NCBI GenBank assembly: GCA_002633005.1
Contig: NMRA01000095.1
Span: forward strand, 965,622 to 1,029,621
Source of the DNA: Phoronis australis
Lineage: Eukaryota > Animalia > Phoronida
Direction of reading: 5' to 3'
Length of the DNA: 64,000 bases
Shown piece after piece: positions 38,051-53,004 of the stretch. Each line of letters starts with the position of its first letter. The stretch's first letter is position 1. The notes below the pieces were generated by a model. The model saw only the letters and a program-made list of their open reading frames with translations, was not told where the DNA came from and searched no databases. The position numbers and the translations under genes were made by a program.

Positions 38051-38971
38051 CATCTTACCAGAGATTACCAATTATACGTAATTTGCCTGTATTCATTATA
38101 TTGTAATTGTACTAGTCATAATAAATGACGTTATATCGTCTATATCCGTCCCCTTTTAATCTCTAGTAACGAGCTTGCGACGCACGTACGTATCATTTAT
38201 CTATTATTCGGGACCTATGTCGATTATAAAAGTGCTTAGCAATGTTTAATCACTTGGTTATATATGGCACAGAATAAACGTATTCCACTTCACGATCGTT
38301 TTTTGATGGGCGTGGAGTATTTTATTTTATCGTGGTTTTTTCTGGCCGACAATTATTTACGCAAATGACTGACTCTGTTTCTGTGCAAATACAAATTTTT
38401 AAACACTTCATTTATGGTATTAAAATACCACATACCGCTTTAATAAATTATTTTATTCGAATTTCAAGTCTGCTGCGAAAGCTCGAAGCGTCGCCACTTT
38501 TTGGAATATCAGGACGTCGTTCTGTTGCTTGTAGAAAGTTCGAGCCCATGACTTTTTAATCGGGCTGTCGAGCCGACCCCGTCTGCGTTACATTTTTTTG
38601 ACTAACAGTTTTCAAGCTTGATGTCGCTCAAAACACAATAAGGTAGGAAATGCTCCCACTTTAGTTGATGCGAAATTTCACAAACATTCGTTGAAGTTGC
38701 AGAAGGTACAAACATTTTAACATTGCATTGGAACGTAGAATGTAGATCCTTATACATGAACATTGATAAGCTATACATTACAGCAATCACAGGACACAAT
38801 AGAAATTTTATGACAACTTTATTCACCACCCATAGCAAGGTGAAGTGTCTTTTTACATGTTCTTATCCGTTCGAAAAAAACGAAGCAACAGTTACGGCAT
38901 AGTCACGTATGTTCAATCTCCGTCTCCTAGTTTTCATGTCTTTTCCAGTTTTGAAGGTTGTCCTCGAATAG

Positions 38972-39371
38972 GGCCCGGTCTCTAATCTTTGTACTCGAAA
39001 CGAACTCGAAACAATTTTTGGCAATTTCTCTCCTCCTTTTGTGTGAACTTAAGATAATTGGTTATCAGACTGTGTTCGTAACATTATATTTTATGCATAG
39101 GAGTTTCTAGTTCAAGTTTGCCCTTGAAGACCCTTCTATTCGTGCTACAAACTCGAGTAAAAACTCGAAATTTCGAGTTCAAACTCGAACTTATTGCTTT
39201 AATATTGGGTTCACACACTGTGAACTAAGGGCAATAAATTATCTACGTAAGTTATTGTGTACTCGAGCACAGAATAATAGACACATATCTTGAGTTCGCC
39301 CAAAAGTAGAGTAGAAAATGCCAAACCTAATTTCGATTTCCATTTCGAGTAAAAATATTGGAGACCTGGCC
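38972..39371. mobile_element. PIF/Harbinger-type MITE, 400 bp
   Basis: TIR GGCC(C/A)GGTCTC(T/C)AAT; 3-bp TSD TAG (38969-71 and 39372-74); subterminal ACTCGAA repeats. Confidence 0.75.
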
Positions 39372-42300
39372 TAGATCTAGTAAGAAGGCCAGATCAGGAC
39401 ACATGGTGGAAATCACCTTGATGAGATCCTGAACACATTTTTTAATGAAAACCAACTTTACGGTTGAAATTTTTTTCTTTGTGACCTGTGGATAGGACGA
39501 AAATGGTGATAACATGAGTTTCAAGCTACTGTTTCGCTCGCTCATGCGCCCAATCTCCTTTCATGTGGTGTTTCCCAGGTTTGAAAGCTGTGCACAAGTC
39601 ACAAGTCACCGATTGGGCAAATCGCAGGTTCGTACAGGGCTTCTTGATCGAGAGCTTCGAAGTCGTCCATAAGTTCAACAAGAATCTCTCTGTATTCATC
39701 CATGTCGTGTGCTCTGAAAATGTCATTGCACTGAAGTGATAATTAATTACCGGTTGTGTGTGTTAGATATGACAAATTTTAATTCGTCTACCGATCAACA
39801 ATTCTACTTAAACTGATCCAATTTATTTTCAAAATAATCCGACTATCCTATATTTCCCCATAACTTCCTCAAAACTTAAGCCATTTTTTACAAATAAAAA
39901 ATGCCAAGTAACTTGTGTTGCAATAAAATAGAAAAGGGGTCAATTTCAGTGAAACTGTCTACAGGTTACTCGAGCCAAGCTGGTGATTCATTACCCAATA
40001 TGGGGAAGAGCTCCGTTAAACAATCAGACAAAGAGGCGTTGGGGATTTTGACAAAATGTGGTCAGTGTTAAAACCAAAGTAAAATGGTCAAATCATAAAT
40101 GCTGCATATATTCAAGTGTAGTTTCAGACACTTGCATAAAATTACGGGCTGCCGGATTAGTCCTGTGTCACACTGCCGCGGCAGACGTTAGATAGCCTCA
40201 GTCACCAGAATGGGGGGGGGGGTGGAATTTTTGGGAATGTCTATCTTTTACTATAAGATTCAGTGTGCACGTTCAGAGCTATGAGTTGCAGACTCTAAAT
40301 TTTTATACTTCCTCTCTTCTAGTGGAATATTGTCTCACTTTCTACTTTTTTCGGAATTCATTCTTCTGTGACTGAGGCAGACCTTTCTCCAGTTCTCCAA
40401 AAAGAGGACTCGTTCGAGCACATAAGTATGACACGTCCAGTAGAACATGTTATCATTTTTTATTCATTAAGCCAAAATGATTCAAACTTTTAACATAATA
40501 AGTAACTTAAAATGCACAATACTTTACAACATTTAGCATTACAAACACTATTCAACAGCAGCAGTTTCCATGATATGAAAGTGGACATACATGTAACTAT
40601 TACCATGGTGACGGAATAGTGTTTCCTTACACCAGAATTTTACAAGCATCATTTAAAAAAGTATGAAGTTGCAAGGAACAAGAATTAGAGGCTTGAAGCT
40701 TCACAGTTCTACATAGCTTATTTTTCAAATTAAGATTATTCATATTGTTGACTTGATAACCTGAATTAAGAAGCCATAAGTTACAAAACATGACTTGAAA
40801 GCAATTTACACTTAAAATTTAGAAAAATATGAATCATTTTGTGACACCTAATCAAGCCTTGAACAGCAGTTGATAGTCAAACAAAAAATATTTCAAATTT
40901 ATTTCAACTATTTTTTTAGCTTAGTGTAAGATCACCTGGATGGGAAATTCACCGTAAAATAATTCGAATTATCTTTTATTTTTGCACATAAAACACGAAA
41001 CTTGAACAAAGTTCCCTTTTTGTAGTAAAGTTTGTCAAAATGTATCAACGATAAATCTTCACAAATTACAAAGTAGCCGATTGAACATGCCTTTCAGTTC
41101 AGCAAAAGTCGCCATGTTGTGGGTGCCACCAGAAATGAGACGAAGTCCAACGGGAATTGTGAGCACATTTATTACTTAATGAGTAACAACTGCCAGGCTG
41201 AAATTTGCTGAACACTATTAAATGGGTGCAGAATAGTAAGTAAAGATATGTCTAACTAAATTTCACCGTAATTTGTTGGCGAAAGAAATTTACACAAAGT
41301 TTTAAACTCGTAACTTATCCCGCTGTCCTCCAATAGGGCCGACGCGATCCAAACAAAGTGACCCAATTTTCGCCACAAAACTTGCAATAACTTTACACTT
41401 CTTGCCCGGATTTTGATACTTATTCGATTTTTACTGAGTAGAATGCACTACCTTTCCGATGATAGCAAAGTACTTTTTCAAAACGAGAAAAAAATAAAAC
41501 CGAAAAAAATGGTTCGGCCCATATTTGGTTCCTAGGTTCGACCGGCCTACGTAAGGAACTAAGCACCAATGCTATTTTAACATACTAAGTACGCGTAACA
41601 TTCCAAAAAAATCAACGACCACTAACTACAAACTATAAATACACTACATATGCAAACGAATCACGAGATATTACTAATAAAACAAAATAATGAAAACTTT
41701 TCGAGCAAGCCATAATACATTCAGTTACAAGGAAAAAATTGCGGCGTTGACAAGTTCCTGAACTGAGCCGAAAATGTGGGTACGGAAATAACCGATGTCA
41801 GCCGGTAATTATATGCTCACAGAGAAGGGTCAAATACTGTTAAAAATCGCTTTTGGCAAGAATGTCGAAAAGAATATAAAGAAAGGATGTAGAAAATAAG
41901 ATTTTATGTAGTAAGTATTTTCGGATACTGGAAATACATGGGCAGTTTGAGAGAAGGACTTTAATATGTGAACCAACGTGTGGTGATGATGGCTGTCCCC
42001 GAAAGGTGTGGAGAAGGAGTAGGCGATTGTTTCGTCTCTTTTGATGCCTGTAACTCGTTTGTAATTTATGTCGTGAGCAAATGCAGTAAAAAAGAAGGCT
42101 AGTTTTTCTATCTTTGTGAACATAGTGGGTTCCATAAACTTGAGAAGGTATCAACTATCCGTTGTACACATGGCGTGCCTCTAATTGTGATGTGGATAGT
42201 ATTGGTACTTCTACCGAATGAGGATTATTCCAGTTATTACAGACTTCAAATCAAAAATGGTCTTGTCGAATGTTTTGAGCAACATCTTGTGGATAACGTC

Positions 42301-44709
42301 TTGTATTTCGTCCTTTGGCAACTTAATTTCATTTCTGTCAATAGACCAAGCAAAAACTTACCACTTGTTAGAATGTGAAATTTGGTCCTGTTGCTGAATT
42401 TACCCTGCCACTCTTACCGTAGCAAATGTACTGCTTGTATGCCTCTCTCTGTCAGTTGTATTATTAATGTATTTTACAAAACAATCAGCCAATCAATCAA
42501 TCAATCTGACAATCACGGTTTGTATTTCAAGACGTGTTTGGTTGTTAATTGTGTTATTATCGTTTATAGTCAATTAATGTCAATCAAACATTTAATCAAA
42601 AAATCAATCAAACATTGCTTGTGTACTGACGCGTGTTCCAGAAGAGGGGGTACATAAATCAGTTGTGTCTCTAAAGCCCATGTCTTCTATCCTCACGCAT
42701 TTCCCACTCACCCACTGTTTTATCATGTTCCAGCTTTTTAACTTACCAGACAGTATTTTTAAACCTGATTTATTTTTGAAAAAATGGAGGTGCTCTTTCT
42801 TAAATGATGATCGCTTTACCATCCCCGGACTCTGTACATAATTTTTGAAGACGGACTAGGTGTATCATTTTTAAGGACTAGACGTGCTCTTTCTTAACTG
42901 ATTACCACTGAATCATTTCGGAGTGGACATATTATTTTTGCAAGTGTTTTGATGAATTCGAACCTGCGGCATTGTTTTGGGCACATACATACCGACTGAG
43001 GGCATCGATTCCATTGTTCTTTGCAGTCTAACGACGATTGGTAGGGCAACCAAACGTTTAGTTGTCTCACCTTATTTAAACATTTCAGACAAAACGTCAC
43101 TTGCGGAATGTTGCAAAACCGTGTGTACATATTTTAAAAATAATAAGGAAAACATCCTGCACTCTCGCCAAAATATACAAGGAACTCAATACAAATCCCA
43201 GTCTAGTCAAAAGACAGCTCATTGTCATTCGGCTCGGTGTCAACACTCTGTGTAATCTTACGCTTTCTCGGAGGTCTTAACTAAAATATTATATATTATC
43301 AGAATAAACATATGTATGTTGAGCAAATACCGTTAACAAGTAAGTTTGTGGGAATTGTGCACACTGGTTAACACGCATACAAGGAAACGCTCACCTTAAA
43401 ATATCTTATGTTGTTCTGCTGAAGAAATTAGCCTTCTTCATCAGTTAAAAATATTCCCACGTAATCGCAAGGAAAAGCACGTAACCCCAATTATTAGCAA
43501 CACACATTTTAACCTACAAAACACCAAAAGTGTACTTGGTACTGTAGCAAGCAGTGACGGAAAATGAAGTTAAGATAACTTGAAACTGGAAGGGGTCATA
43601 AATCCGTAGTCCGACATTGTTATCAAATTGTTTTTTTAATTAAAATTGATGTGGATAGGGATTCAAAAGAAAAGACCGCTTGTGACTGCTGAAAAGAAGG
43701 TTCTACAAGAACAGACACTTTGCGTTACGCAAATTCTTTCAGAATCATGGGTTGTACTTTTTTCTATTATGCAAATTAAAGTCTGGGGTGTAAAATTTTC
43801 TCTCCTTTACAATAGCCAACAGGGTAGCCAATAGGTCCTATCAATCATTATACGAAGAGGTATCCGCAGTTTTTCACCTTGATTTCATACATGTACTTCT
43901 CCGAGAAGCACCCTGACTGGGCTTGGCCCCCTACAAGAACTTGCAAGTGAAATGTGTACCGGTAACACAGGCTTGTCTGGGTAAGATACCGTGTATATTC
44001 CGACACTGTTGAGTTTTCACCTGCCCCATCAATCGAAGACTGTAAGGCTATGTTTTTTATTAGGCCAAACACCTACACTATTTTATATGAGAAAATGCGC
44101 TTTACTCCGTGGAAGCATTAGTATACGTCAAATAATTCAACAAATTGTACTAGTCAAGGACTGCAAAATGTAGCAATATTCTGAGATGCGCGCAAACACT
44201 CTGGACCATAATCAAGTATGTCTCTTAGTATGGTATTGAAAATGGAAGCGTGGTGGCGTAGTGGTGAATTACCCTTAAAAAATTTCAATATGGCCATGGC
44301 GGATTCAAGCGCATCAAAACTATTTTGACAGCAGCTTTTACTTGAACATTTGTGATCTAAGTACAGTTCTTTGACCTAAAGTACGCGATTGTGACTTCTA
44401 CAACGTTCATGAAACAAATAACACAGCATGAAAGCGATGAGATTGACCCCACAATAGTCAGGAGCCGCCGACTAACTGTTATCTTGTTCAAGATTAAATC
44501 TCTTTTGTAGTCAGAAATTTTGCTACATATAAGACTGAAACCAATCTTCCAACATTCTCATCTGTTCAACAGTATCTACACAAATTTAGCTTTTTCAGAT
44601 ACATGCTAATCATCAAAATCAAGAGAGTATAACTTTATTGAGCGCTCAAAGGTCATAGGCCCACAGCACAAGTGTACATGTACATATACACCTGCATATA
44701 AATTTACGT

Positions 44710-45085
44710 GCGCGGAGTACACAAAGAGTACTGGAGAGAAAAATGTTTGGAATAAAATTTTTAGACTGAATTCCACACAGAGAGATAAGGGAACAAACAA
44801 GAGTCATGGACATAATCAGGACAATTCTGAAATTGAAATGGAGGTGGGGCGGACACGTGGTCAGAGCACTGGACAACAGATGGACAAAAAGATGCACAGA
44901 GTGGTAACCCAGGTATGGAAAGAGATCAAGAGGACGGCCCCATACCAGATGGAGAGATGGCATCGTGGAGACGAGAGGCACAATGTGGATGAGAGCATCA
45001 AGAGACAGAACACATTGGAAGGCATTGTCGGTGGGCTACATCTTGCAGTGGATGTACCATGCCTAGGTACAAGGTACAAGGAGTA
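44710..45085 (+). mobile_element. 3' end of an RTE-clade LINE
   Basis: EIREQTRVMDI..LKWRWGGHVVR..RWTK..W*PR.GKRSRGRP..RWRD..DR..WK; short tandem tail GTACAAG. Confidence 0.85.
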
Positions 45086-45539
45086 CAGAATGTAAAAATT
45101 AAACACGCAACAAAATTTGCTAAAGGAATTCTTCGAAGAGCTTTGTCGTTGTTGACGTAGCGTAATACGCAAACTTAACCAGTTCGATTAAACTACTAAC
45201 GTCATTATAAGACTAAGTGAATGTTCCCAGCAATAACAACACATGATATGGTGGCGGAAGAATTTTCAGGTACCACATGTGTGAAACATACATTAATGAA
45301 GCAGCACACGTGGACAAACTAATTATAGCAGTATATAAACCGTCAGAATGGTGAAGTTTTAGGTAGGCACGTTGGCAACGTAACTTCTAGAACCGGATTC
45401 TTGCGTCCAATCACTGCTGTTTAGCGTAATGGAAAAGGATGAGCTGGTGCAGCTAGATGTATGAGCAGGTTTTGATGCTACATTTGAATGGGTCTTCAAC
45501 AGCAACTCACTTCATGAACAATCAGATAAGCTTGTAAAG

Positions 45540-45780
45540 TCCCCAATACAATAAAGAAAGCATTTATTTCCAAACCTGAAAAGAGTGTTGCAGATATGGT
45601 TGACTGTGCCTGTTGCTGTGCCAGAACCACAAGTTTAACACAATTTCACCTGTACCTAAGGTCAACAGTGAGTGAAGATAGCTTTGTAAGTCTGGTCATT
45701 CTGACAGTTGAGAAAGGTGTATTTGACTTCATTATCTTTTGAAGACATCATCGATGAATTCACAAAGGAAAGACTTTTAA
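45540..45780 (+). pseudogene. hAT transposase C-terminal dimerisation-domain remnant
   Basis: LFPNLKRVLQIWLTVPV...YLRSTVSEDSFVSLVILTVEK..EDIIDEF, read across frameshifts. Confidence 0.65.
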
Positions 45781-45798
45781 ACATTACACAAACCGCTC

Positions 45799-45957
45799 CA
45801 CGGGCGGATCCAGGATTCTGAATTAGGGGAGTGGGCAGGGCAGAGTACTAGCCAAAATTTTGCTTGTCAGGCATCCGCACACCCGAACCGCCAAATGGAA
45901 TCTGGGAGAATTTTATGGACCCATGACCTCATTTGGCCCCCTCTAAATCCGCCCCTG
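45799..45957. mobile_element. Small hAT-like MITE (CA.GGGCGGAT...ATCCGCCCCTG)
   Basis: Imperfect terminal inverted repeats; a related terminus occurs at ~29290. Confidence 0.5.
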
Positions 45958-46777
45958 CGCTCACGAATCGTATTTTTTGTTTATTGTGAACTTAAGACCC
46001 ATCAAGAGATGCTTGATCACACTATTTTTTTCATCAAAGCAGTTACACCTTACCCAAAACATGACTTGAGTTTTCCGTGGTAAAACATACCAGAGGCGCA
46101 TTTTGGCAGTGTTTCCTCCGGGCTAAAAACTCGTTAATATACAAAGGTCACGTGTTTGTAATACAAAAAGCCTAGTTTATACCCCAGGTATGTTTCGTAG
46201 TAGCTGAAAATTTGGCGAAGTAATATTGTTTTCCGTATTCACCTGTCGCACTACTTCAACAGTGTCATGTGACGTGGAATGTTCAATAGATACTATGGTC
46301 AATGTCAACCTGACGTCGTTAGCCCGATTAATCATCAAACTATCCCAAAACAGTTTAAACTAATACAATTGCAGCAGTCTAAATAACACTCAACATGTGA
46401 TCAGGCTCCAGTCGTATAATCTGGAACATGACTGTTAATTGTATGACAGTTATGTCTCAGTTTCCAATTGCTAAATATATCGTCTGCAACTGAGACGCCG
46501 ATTCCTCGGCAACTACAATATCAAATATTGTTTTACTTGATCAATTTCAGGAGACGTTACAAGTTCAAAGCAAAGTTACCGTCGTTTTCATATTTGTTAT
46601 TTCTTTTCAGTTAATGAATCATTACATTTAAAACTTTTTCTTTTACTGGAGGAAACTTGAAACTTACCTTTCAAGTACATACATGTACATACGACGTGAT
46701 CCGCCAAGTGAAGAGTCTGAGTTAAGTATTTCAAAAAATGCAAAAAATAAAGAAAATCAGGGATTCAAAAGGTATGG

Positions 46778-46940
46778 GATAACTACAAAACGTACCTCGA
46801 ATGGAGTAGATGAAATAATTTCCCACTCGACATTATTCAGCGTATCGAGCTCGACCTTTGGTCCAGGTCGATAAGCTGAGTAATATCTCGTAGGATATTA
46901 CTTTACCTACACCTCTCTCGATAGGTTTTTTGTAGATATT
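46778..46940. repeat. Imperfect long palindrome (hairpin-type repeat)
   Basis: ACTACAAAA..GTAGATGAAATAAT..ATTATTCAGCGTATCGA pairs with TCGATAAGCTGAGTAAT..ATTACTTTACCTAC..TTTTGTAG. Confidence 0.6.
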
Positions 46941-48469
46941 CTAACAAAACATGCCGTGGGTGAAGAAGAGTACCGCGGCTTTCTACTTCCAAGAGATACA
47001 CCAATTGCACATATGTTTCCTGTGAATTCTTGATAAATCACTACAAGGCAAAATATGTAAAACTCTATGTCTTACTTCCTGAACTGACATTTCTTTAATC
47101 AACCCCACCCCCCGCATTCGAGTGGACCGCATTATTTCTCTCTTCACTTGTCTCGAATTTTTCCAAGATCTGGACTCAGTATTTTGAATAGTGAATGGAA
47201 CTCTGTGTGTACATAGGTCAAAAAGTTGTAGGCATGCTTACATGTATATCACACACGGCATTCTGCAAGCCGGTAGATGTCACAAAGAAATTATCACTCC
47301 CCCAGAGTTTAGTCAAGTAACGAGGAACTGATTTATTTTATATGCGCTAACTGCGAAGCGATACTGAAGCTAGTTTATTGTGAAACAACACGAGTAAGTA
47401 AGATAAAAGATCATATATATTATGACAAACTAAACTAATACAAATATCAATAAATACAAATGTTATATAATATGTTGAGCTGTAAAGGTGGGAGACAATC
47501 TGCCAAGTAGCAATGCAGGTATACACAAGTGGTGAATAGAAAGTTAAGTAACAAGATGCGGAGGCAAAACAGCAAAACCAGGCGTGCGTTCAGTAGACGC
47601 TAGGACCTACGCTAAGACCTAGCTAAAACCTAGTCAAAGTCACGTGTTCTCGTTTGACATACACGGCAATATCTCACGTAATCTCGCGAAGTCTTGCTTT
47701 TTTGTGTATAAGTTCCAATTAAAATAGTCACATGCAACAACCGGAGAAAAGACGCCATCGTCTGATGACAAAATATTAAAAGGCTGCGTACATTCTTGCC
47801 ACATATTTATACGAGGGTTTCATCTTTTAAATTTTTGCTACATCCAATCAGAATTTAAGCAAACTCCAGGGAATTTAACACATTTGTTTTGTTAATTTCA
47901 AGGAGTTAATTCATATTAATAATTTGGTGGCCGTTTTGAGGTTTTTGACAGCTGTTCTTGAATGGAATCTTTCCAACAGTTTCGCATTAATAAAATAAAA
48001 AAGTTTACACCGTGGCTGTTCGTAAACAGTCTTCCACTTCCTTTACGCAAGGTACGTTTTGGCTGGAAATACAGGTACTTTTCAGACTTTTTAGGTTAGC
48101 GAAAAAAACGGGCTGGTCGACCCCCATTTTGATGGCTCGTCGACACCCATTTTTTCCCAAATTTTGAAATCTGGAGAGTTTTGGCATCCTCAGTGCGTTG
48201 TCTGCTGGTGCCTACTAGATACATATGAGTTGTGGTCTTGGGTTGAAAGCTGTCAAATTTGTTTATTTTTGCTCGTTTTTGGCATCACTATCTACATGTA
48301 GGTTTGCTGTAGGCATTAGAGCAATTTTTAGACACTAAGCAAGCTTTATATATGGTCAGTACCTGCATGTGGTTCATATTTTGAAATCTTGTAGCAGAAA
48401 AGAAAAAAAGAAAAACAGTTCTGCTTTCCCTCTATTCACCCTGCTAGGGGATGCCAGCTGTTGAGTGAC

Positions 48470-49420
48470 ACCACTGGGAAACCTGTTTGTCAAACGCAAT
48501 GTCAAGTTATCGAGTAAGCGGGGCGATAGTCAATATCGTTGGTGGCTAATTATATAGAAATGAAGCAAATGCAATTTACCTTGTAAATCCTCTCGACTTT
48601 GAGCATTCCACAAGGATCGCCAGTGTCCGAGTTATTGCTAAAATGAGATCAAAATATGCTTCGGCTATTAAATGTATGGCAACCTGTAAGTCACAGCGTT
48701 TTACTCAAAATACCGATAGCGAGAAGAGAGTCATTCACCTTCAGGGAATCTTGTCTTTTGAAAACCTGGTGGTGGAATATTCAATGGAAGAAATAAGTAT
48801 TGGCAACAAATGTACCAACGCACTACGTGACAGATTTTTGAAGAGCCAGGTGGAAATACAAAATAGAATCAGTTTTAGTGCGCTCGTAGACCCTCGCTCT
48901 ACTGGGTAAATTTGCCATGTCCGAAAATAATTTCAATTTCGTTTTTATTGTACACAATCATCGAAGAAAAAAGTATGTCAGAAAACTGACATTATTTACA
49001 AAATGTATAAAAATATAATTTATTACCAAAGTGTTTCTGCACGGACATTATACCTACATGTATGCTTCTGTTGTCTCTACTGCCGAGGAATCTGTAAGTT
49101 GGATAAAATGTTCTCAGCTAAGGTTTGCGCGTCTTGGAAACATTCAACCCAGACATCTTCGATGTTTGTCCGTATTGCTTGTACTTCGTTAACTGCTAAG
49201 TCGATGATCTTGTAAGCCTCTACAATGCCTGCATTTGGGTTTGCGGCATGGCAATAAGCCCTTGAGGCTGTCAAGTCCATTCATTAGTTACAAATGCAGC
49301 TATAAATTGATCCGTTCATCATTGATTGCTTCAAACCTTCCGCTTTTGTCAAAGACGATGTATCACAAGGTCAAATTTCATCTCTTGCAATTTTTCCAAA
49401 TAAACTTCCCAATGCCTGAA
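48470..49420 (-). pseudogene. Degenerate hAT (PRKRIR/ZMYM1-like) transposase remnant
   Basis: SSLTKAEGLKQSM..; IVEAYKIIDLAVNEVQAIR..FQDAQTLAE..IPRQ; LLDNLTLRLTNRF. Confidence 0.55.
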
Positions 49421-51769
49421 TACTAGAAACCCGAAGACGTAACACCAAATAGACGCCCATGACCATGGGCGTTTCATGGGGTGGGCTTTTCTGAAGAAAA
49501 TTCCTGGTATGGAAGATTGGTACTTATTGCGGGTAGGAACACAGTCAGCGCTGAGCTAGCAGCCAGGGCTCTTTAGGAGGCCTATTGAAAAGCTTAACCG
49601 CAATCTCTGGTACTGCACAAAATTCGCGAATTCGTGCATCTTGTCAGTGTGAGTGCATCCCCAGGATTTTTCCTTGCACAAGCCTTACTTGCTTTTTTCA
49701 GAGTAAATCCTCCCCTCATTGTTTTCGAGGTGGTTTACTTGGGGTTTATCTACGCTGGTGATGTCGTTTTCGTTTTTCTGACGACGTTTTTTTCAATTTA
49801 TATTTTTGATCCTGTATTAAGGGGTTGGGTTAAGCTTAATAAAACCCTTCGTAGACCCGCGCTGGATCCTCAAATGTGGGGTTTCTCAGATACTTACACA
49901 ACTTACAATGTTCACCGAGCCACAAACATTTGCAGCTGAATATGTCATACAGTAGGTGTTTACACTACAGCAGATGCACTGGAATAGAAAAAGCGGACGA
50001 GCGCAATATTCACCTTGCATATTATTGTTTATTACAAACGATTTGTAGCTCAATTGTTTTCCAAGTTTGAAAGCAACGCATTGGGATATATCAAAGAAGA
50101 TAGAAACAATTATCTGTTTCGAATCGCGCATTTTGTTGCTGTTTTACGTTATGTTAGTCCTATGGGACTTAATACAGGTGGCAGCCCTGAATGAGGTCGT
50201 TCACAATTGACGGCATATTTACTCTTATTACTTCCTGGTTCCTATTCAACAAAGCTCATTTGCACTCTCGAAAAAACCTCAGTTACGTGCTAATAGCCAA
50301 ACCATACGGTCGGTTTTAACGTGACAACATTGACTTGTAAAAAGCGTGATGGCTGCATCAAGGTTGAGATCCAATTTGCTGTTCATAATTAGCTTTTGCG
50401 TTTTGTCCCCAACCCCAAGTAAGTATTTAGTTAACATACGTGTGCATTTACTAGCTTGTGTAATATAATGCTTAATCAAAACATATAGATTGGCTTGTCA
50501 AAGTACAGTTCTTTTCAAACGAAGCTAAACAGAATTCAGTCAAATTTGGATAAACTCCTTATTTCAAAGTTTTGTCAAACTTTTGTCTCAGTTGGCTCAC
50601 TAGAATGGTATTTTTGTCGGACTCTAATCACAATTTACTGTCACGTTAGAGTGCAGCTAATTGTATAATTGTTAATTGATTTTCGAGGTAAGTTGTTGCA
50701 ACTTTGAAAAGTGAATGGGATCACACCAGCAAAGTAGTTTGTGGAGAAATTGTCTGTATTGAGACATGCCCTAAGTTTGTCGACAAGAAAGAGTTTTATG
50801 CGTCAAAGGCGGCCTTGTTCAAGTTAGTTTAAAAACTACAGTGATTCTAAACGAGCCATTGGGAATAGTATTGTTCAGAGTTAAAGCGTATAACTAATTC
50901 TATTTCTTTTAATGTTCATTGCAAAAAAAATACACAATAATAAGAGCCAGCCCAGACAGCACTAGAAAGCAATAGCTCAGAAATCCAGTGTGAATAAAAT
51001 TCTGGAGATGACAAACCACGAATTCACTAAAACGGACTCAGCTCATTGCTCATGCACGTCTGCGGCAAAATTAACCATGAAGATTTTGTCTCGCAAGGCT
51101 AATAGGCGGTGGGCCAGGATTTGTAGGGCTTCTAGAAAATGATTTTTGTGAGTACTTTAGGGGGAAATTTTATTTTGTTGTTTTTTAATTCATTTACTAG
51201 AGTGTTTTCGAAATCTAAAAAGTTCTCACATGTAAAGTTACACAGTTTTTGGAAATTTGAAGTTACCTTATAAATCACCACAGAGCTTAGTGAACTTACA
51301 TGTATACATGTATTTGTAAAAACAAGTTTTGCTACCGTTTGTGTAAAAGAAGTAATATGGTCCCATCAGTGTCGTTGTATTGAACTATAATACACTCACA
51401 TCACATCTTTCACTATTGTAGACAGTGAAACTTAAAAAATATTAAGTGAAACCTAGTGTGAGAAATACGAACTAAGTCGGAATGTTACTAGGATGTTATT
51501 CTGGCATTGTGTGGCCACAAATTAAAAATAACACACAACGCTTTTGACTGGGCAAAATTTGTGACTCAATGACTGAACCATTGACTAATGGTGTAAAATG
51601 TAGCTTGTTTGCATAATACACCAGAAATATGTTATACAAAAACAACAACCGAAGCCGGTATTATTTATGGCCATGCTGCTACATGTAAGAGCCGTACCCG
51701 AATGTGGTCAAAGCAAATGCTTACAGGCAACGTCAGCCCTGGAGTTCTGTGCCTTCTGCTGTCACGGGG

Positions 51770-51827
51770 ATGGTCTGGGAAGGGGATAGTCGCACCAGCA
51801 TAATCCCATTGATCCTGTCCGTGACAG
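51770..51827 (+). CDS. Candidate signal-peptide exon of gene 2
   Basis: MVWEGDSRTSIIPLILSVT|gtatta, phase 1. Splicing to 53005 gives ..ILSVTALCS-ECED. The donor is weak. Confidence 0.35.
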
Positions 51828-53004
51828 GTATTATTATCATTATTATATTAAACCATAATGTGGAGTCTTTCGCTTTGGTGACTAAGCCAAACTCTATTCC
51901 GAGCTTTAGTGCAGTGAAAGCATGCAAGATATCGTGAAGATGTTCAATCGTTCTGCCTTTCAAGGTACAGTAATGTATATGTTTGATCCGATTGGTTAAA
52001 ACATGTTTCGCCTGGTAACGAATTACCTCAAGTAGCTAGGAGCTTTAGCGTGTCTAAAAATGTTTTTAAATTCGCCGAGTCATCTTTCGGCACGGCGTGC
52101 ATTTGAAGTTTAGTGGTGGATGGTCATAGATAGTGGACGAATCTTCCACGCATACGGCTGTCTGGTTACGTTTTAAGCTATTGAAAACAGTTTCAGTTCC
52201 TTAAGACTCCGTTAGAAAAACGAAGACGCGTTGTGGCAGCAAAATGTTTCTCAAGCTTATTGTATATGTGCATTATAACGTGGCACTAAAAATAACGAGT
52301 ACTGTATGAAATGAGTGTGGTAAACACAGCCCGAGTCATACAAAATGTTGATCTAATTCTGATCATGTTAAGTTAAACTATGGAAGTGGTTTTTCACGCA
52401 AAACATGCACCAGAGTGTGTTTTGGAATGTTTCCAGGGGTCTGGAAGAGCAGACGTGGAAATAGGGTGGAATAAAAGCACGTTATGTTGAAAAAACGAAG
52501 AGTCAATAGAGTACAAAACAAAACTGCTTTGTAGTAAAAATCTGTTCAAACTTTAAAGCGTCTATATATTCTTGATGTATCGAAGACAATAATCTTTTAA
52601 TTTAAACCCACTAACTGCTATATTATTGGTCTCAACTTGTTCTTAATTCGTATGGGCAGTGATTTTTGGTCTTGCCCCGATCTATTATTTTTTAAGGTCG
52701 ACAAAGATCAGAGAGCGTATTTGATTCAAATAATCTTGTAATCTTATCGTAGTTAGAGTCTTTCAATGAGCCAAAGCATGGAATGTTTTACCCCAGAGTA
52801 AGAAACCCCGAGTCACACAGTCCATTGAACTCAAGTAATGAAGAAAGAGCCGGTTTCAACCCATTGAGCTCAAAACAAACTGTTTTCCCATCAGACATGA
52901 CACATTTTGATAAATTATTTAGTCCCTAAAACTTAAAGATGTAGCCATTTTCAGCGTTTGATGTATATAAATTATTCTGCTTATTTTAATTTTTTATTTC
53001 CAAG

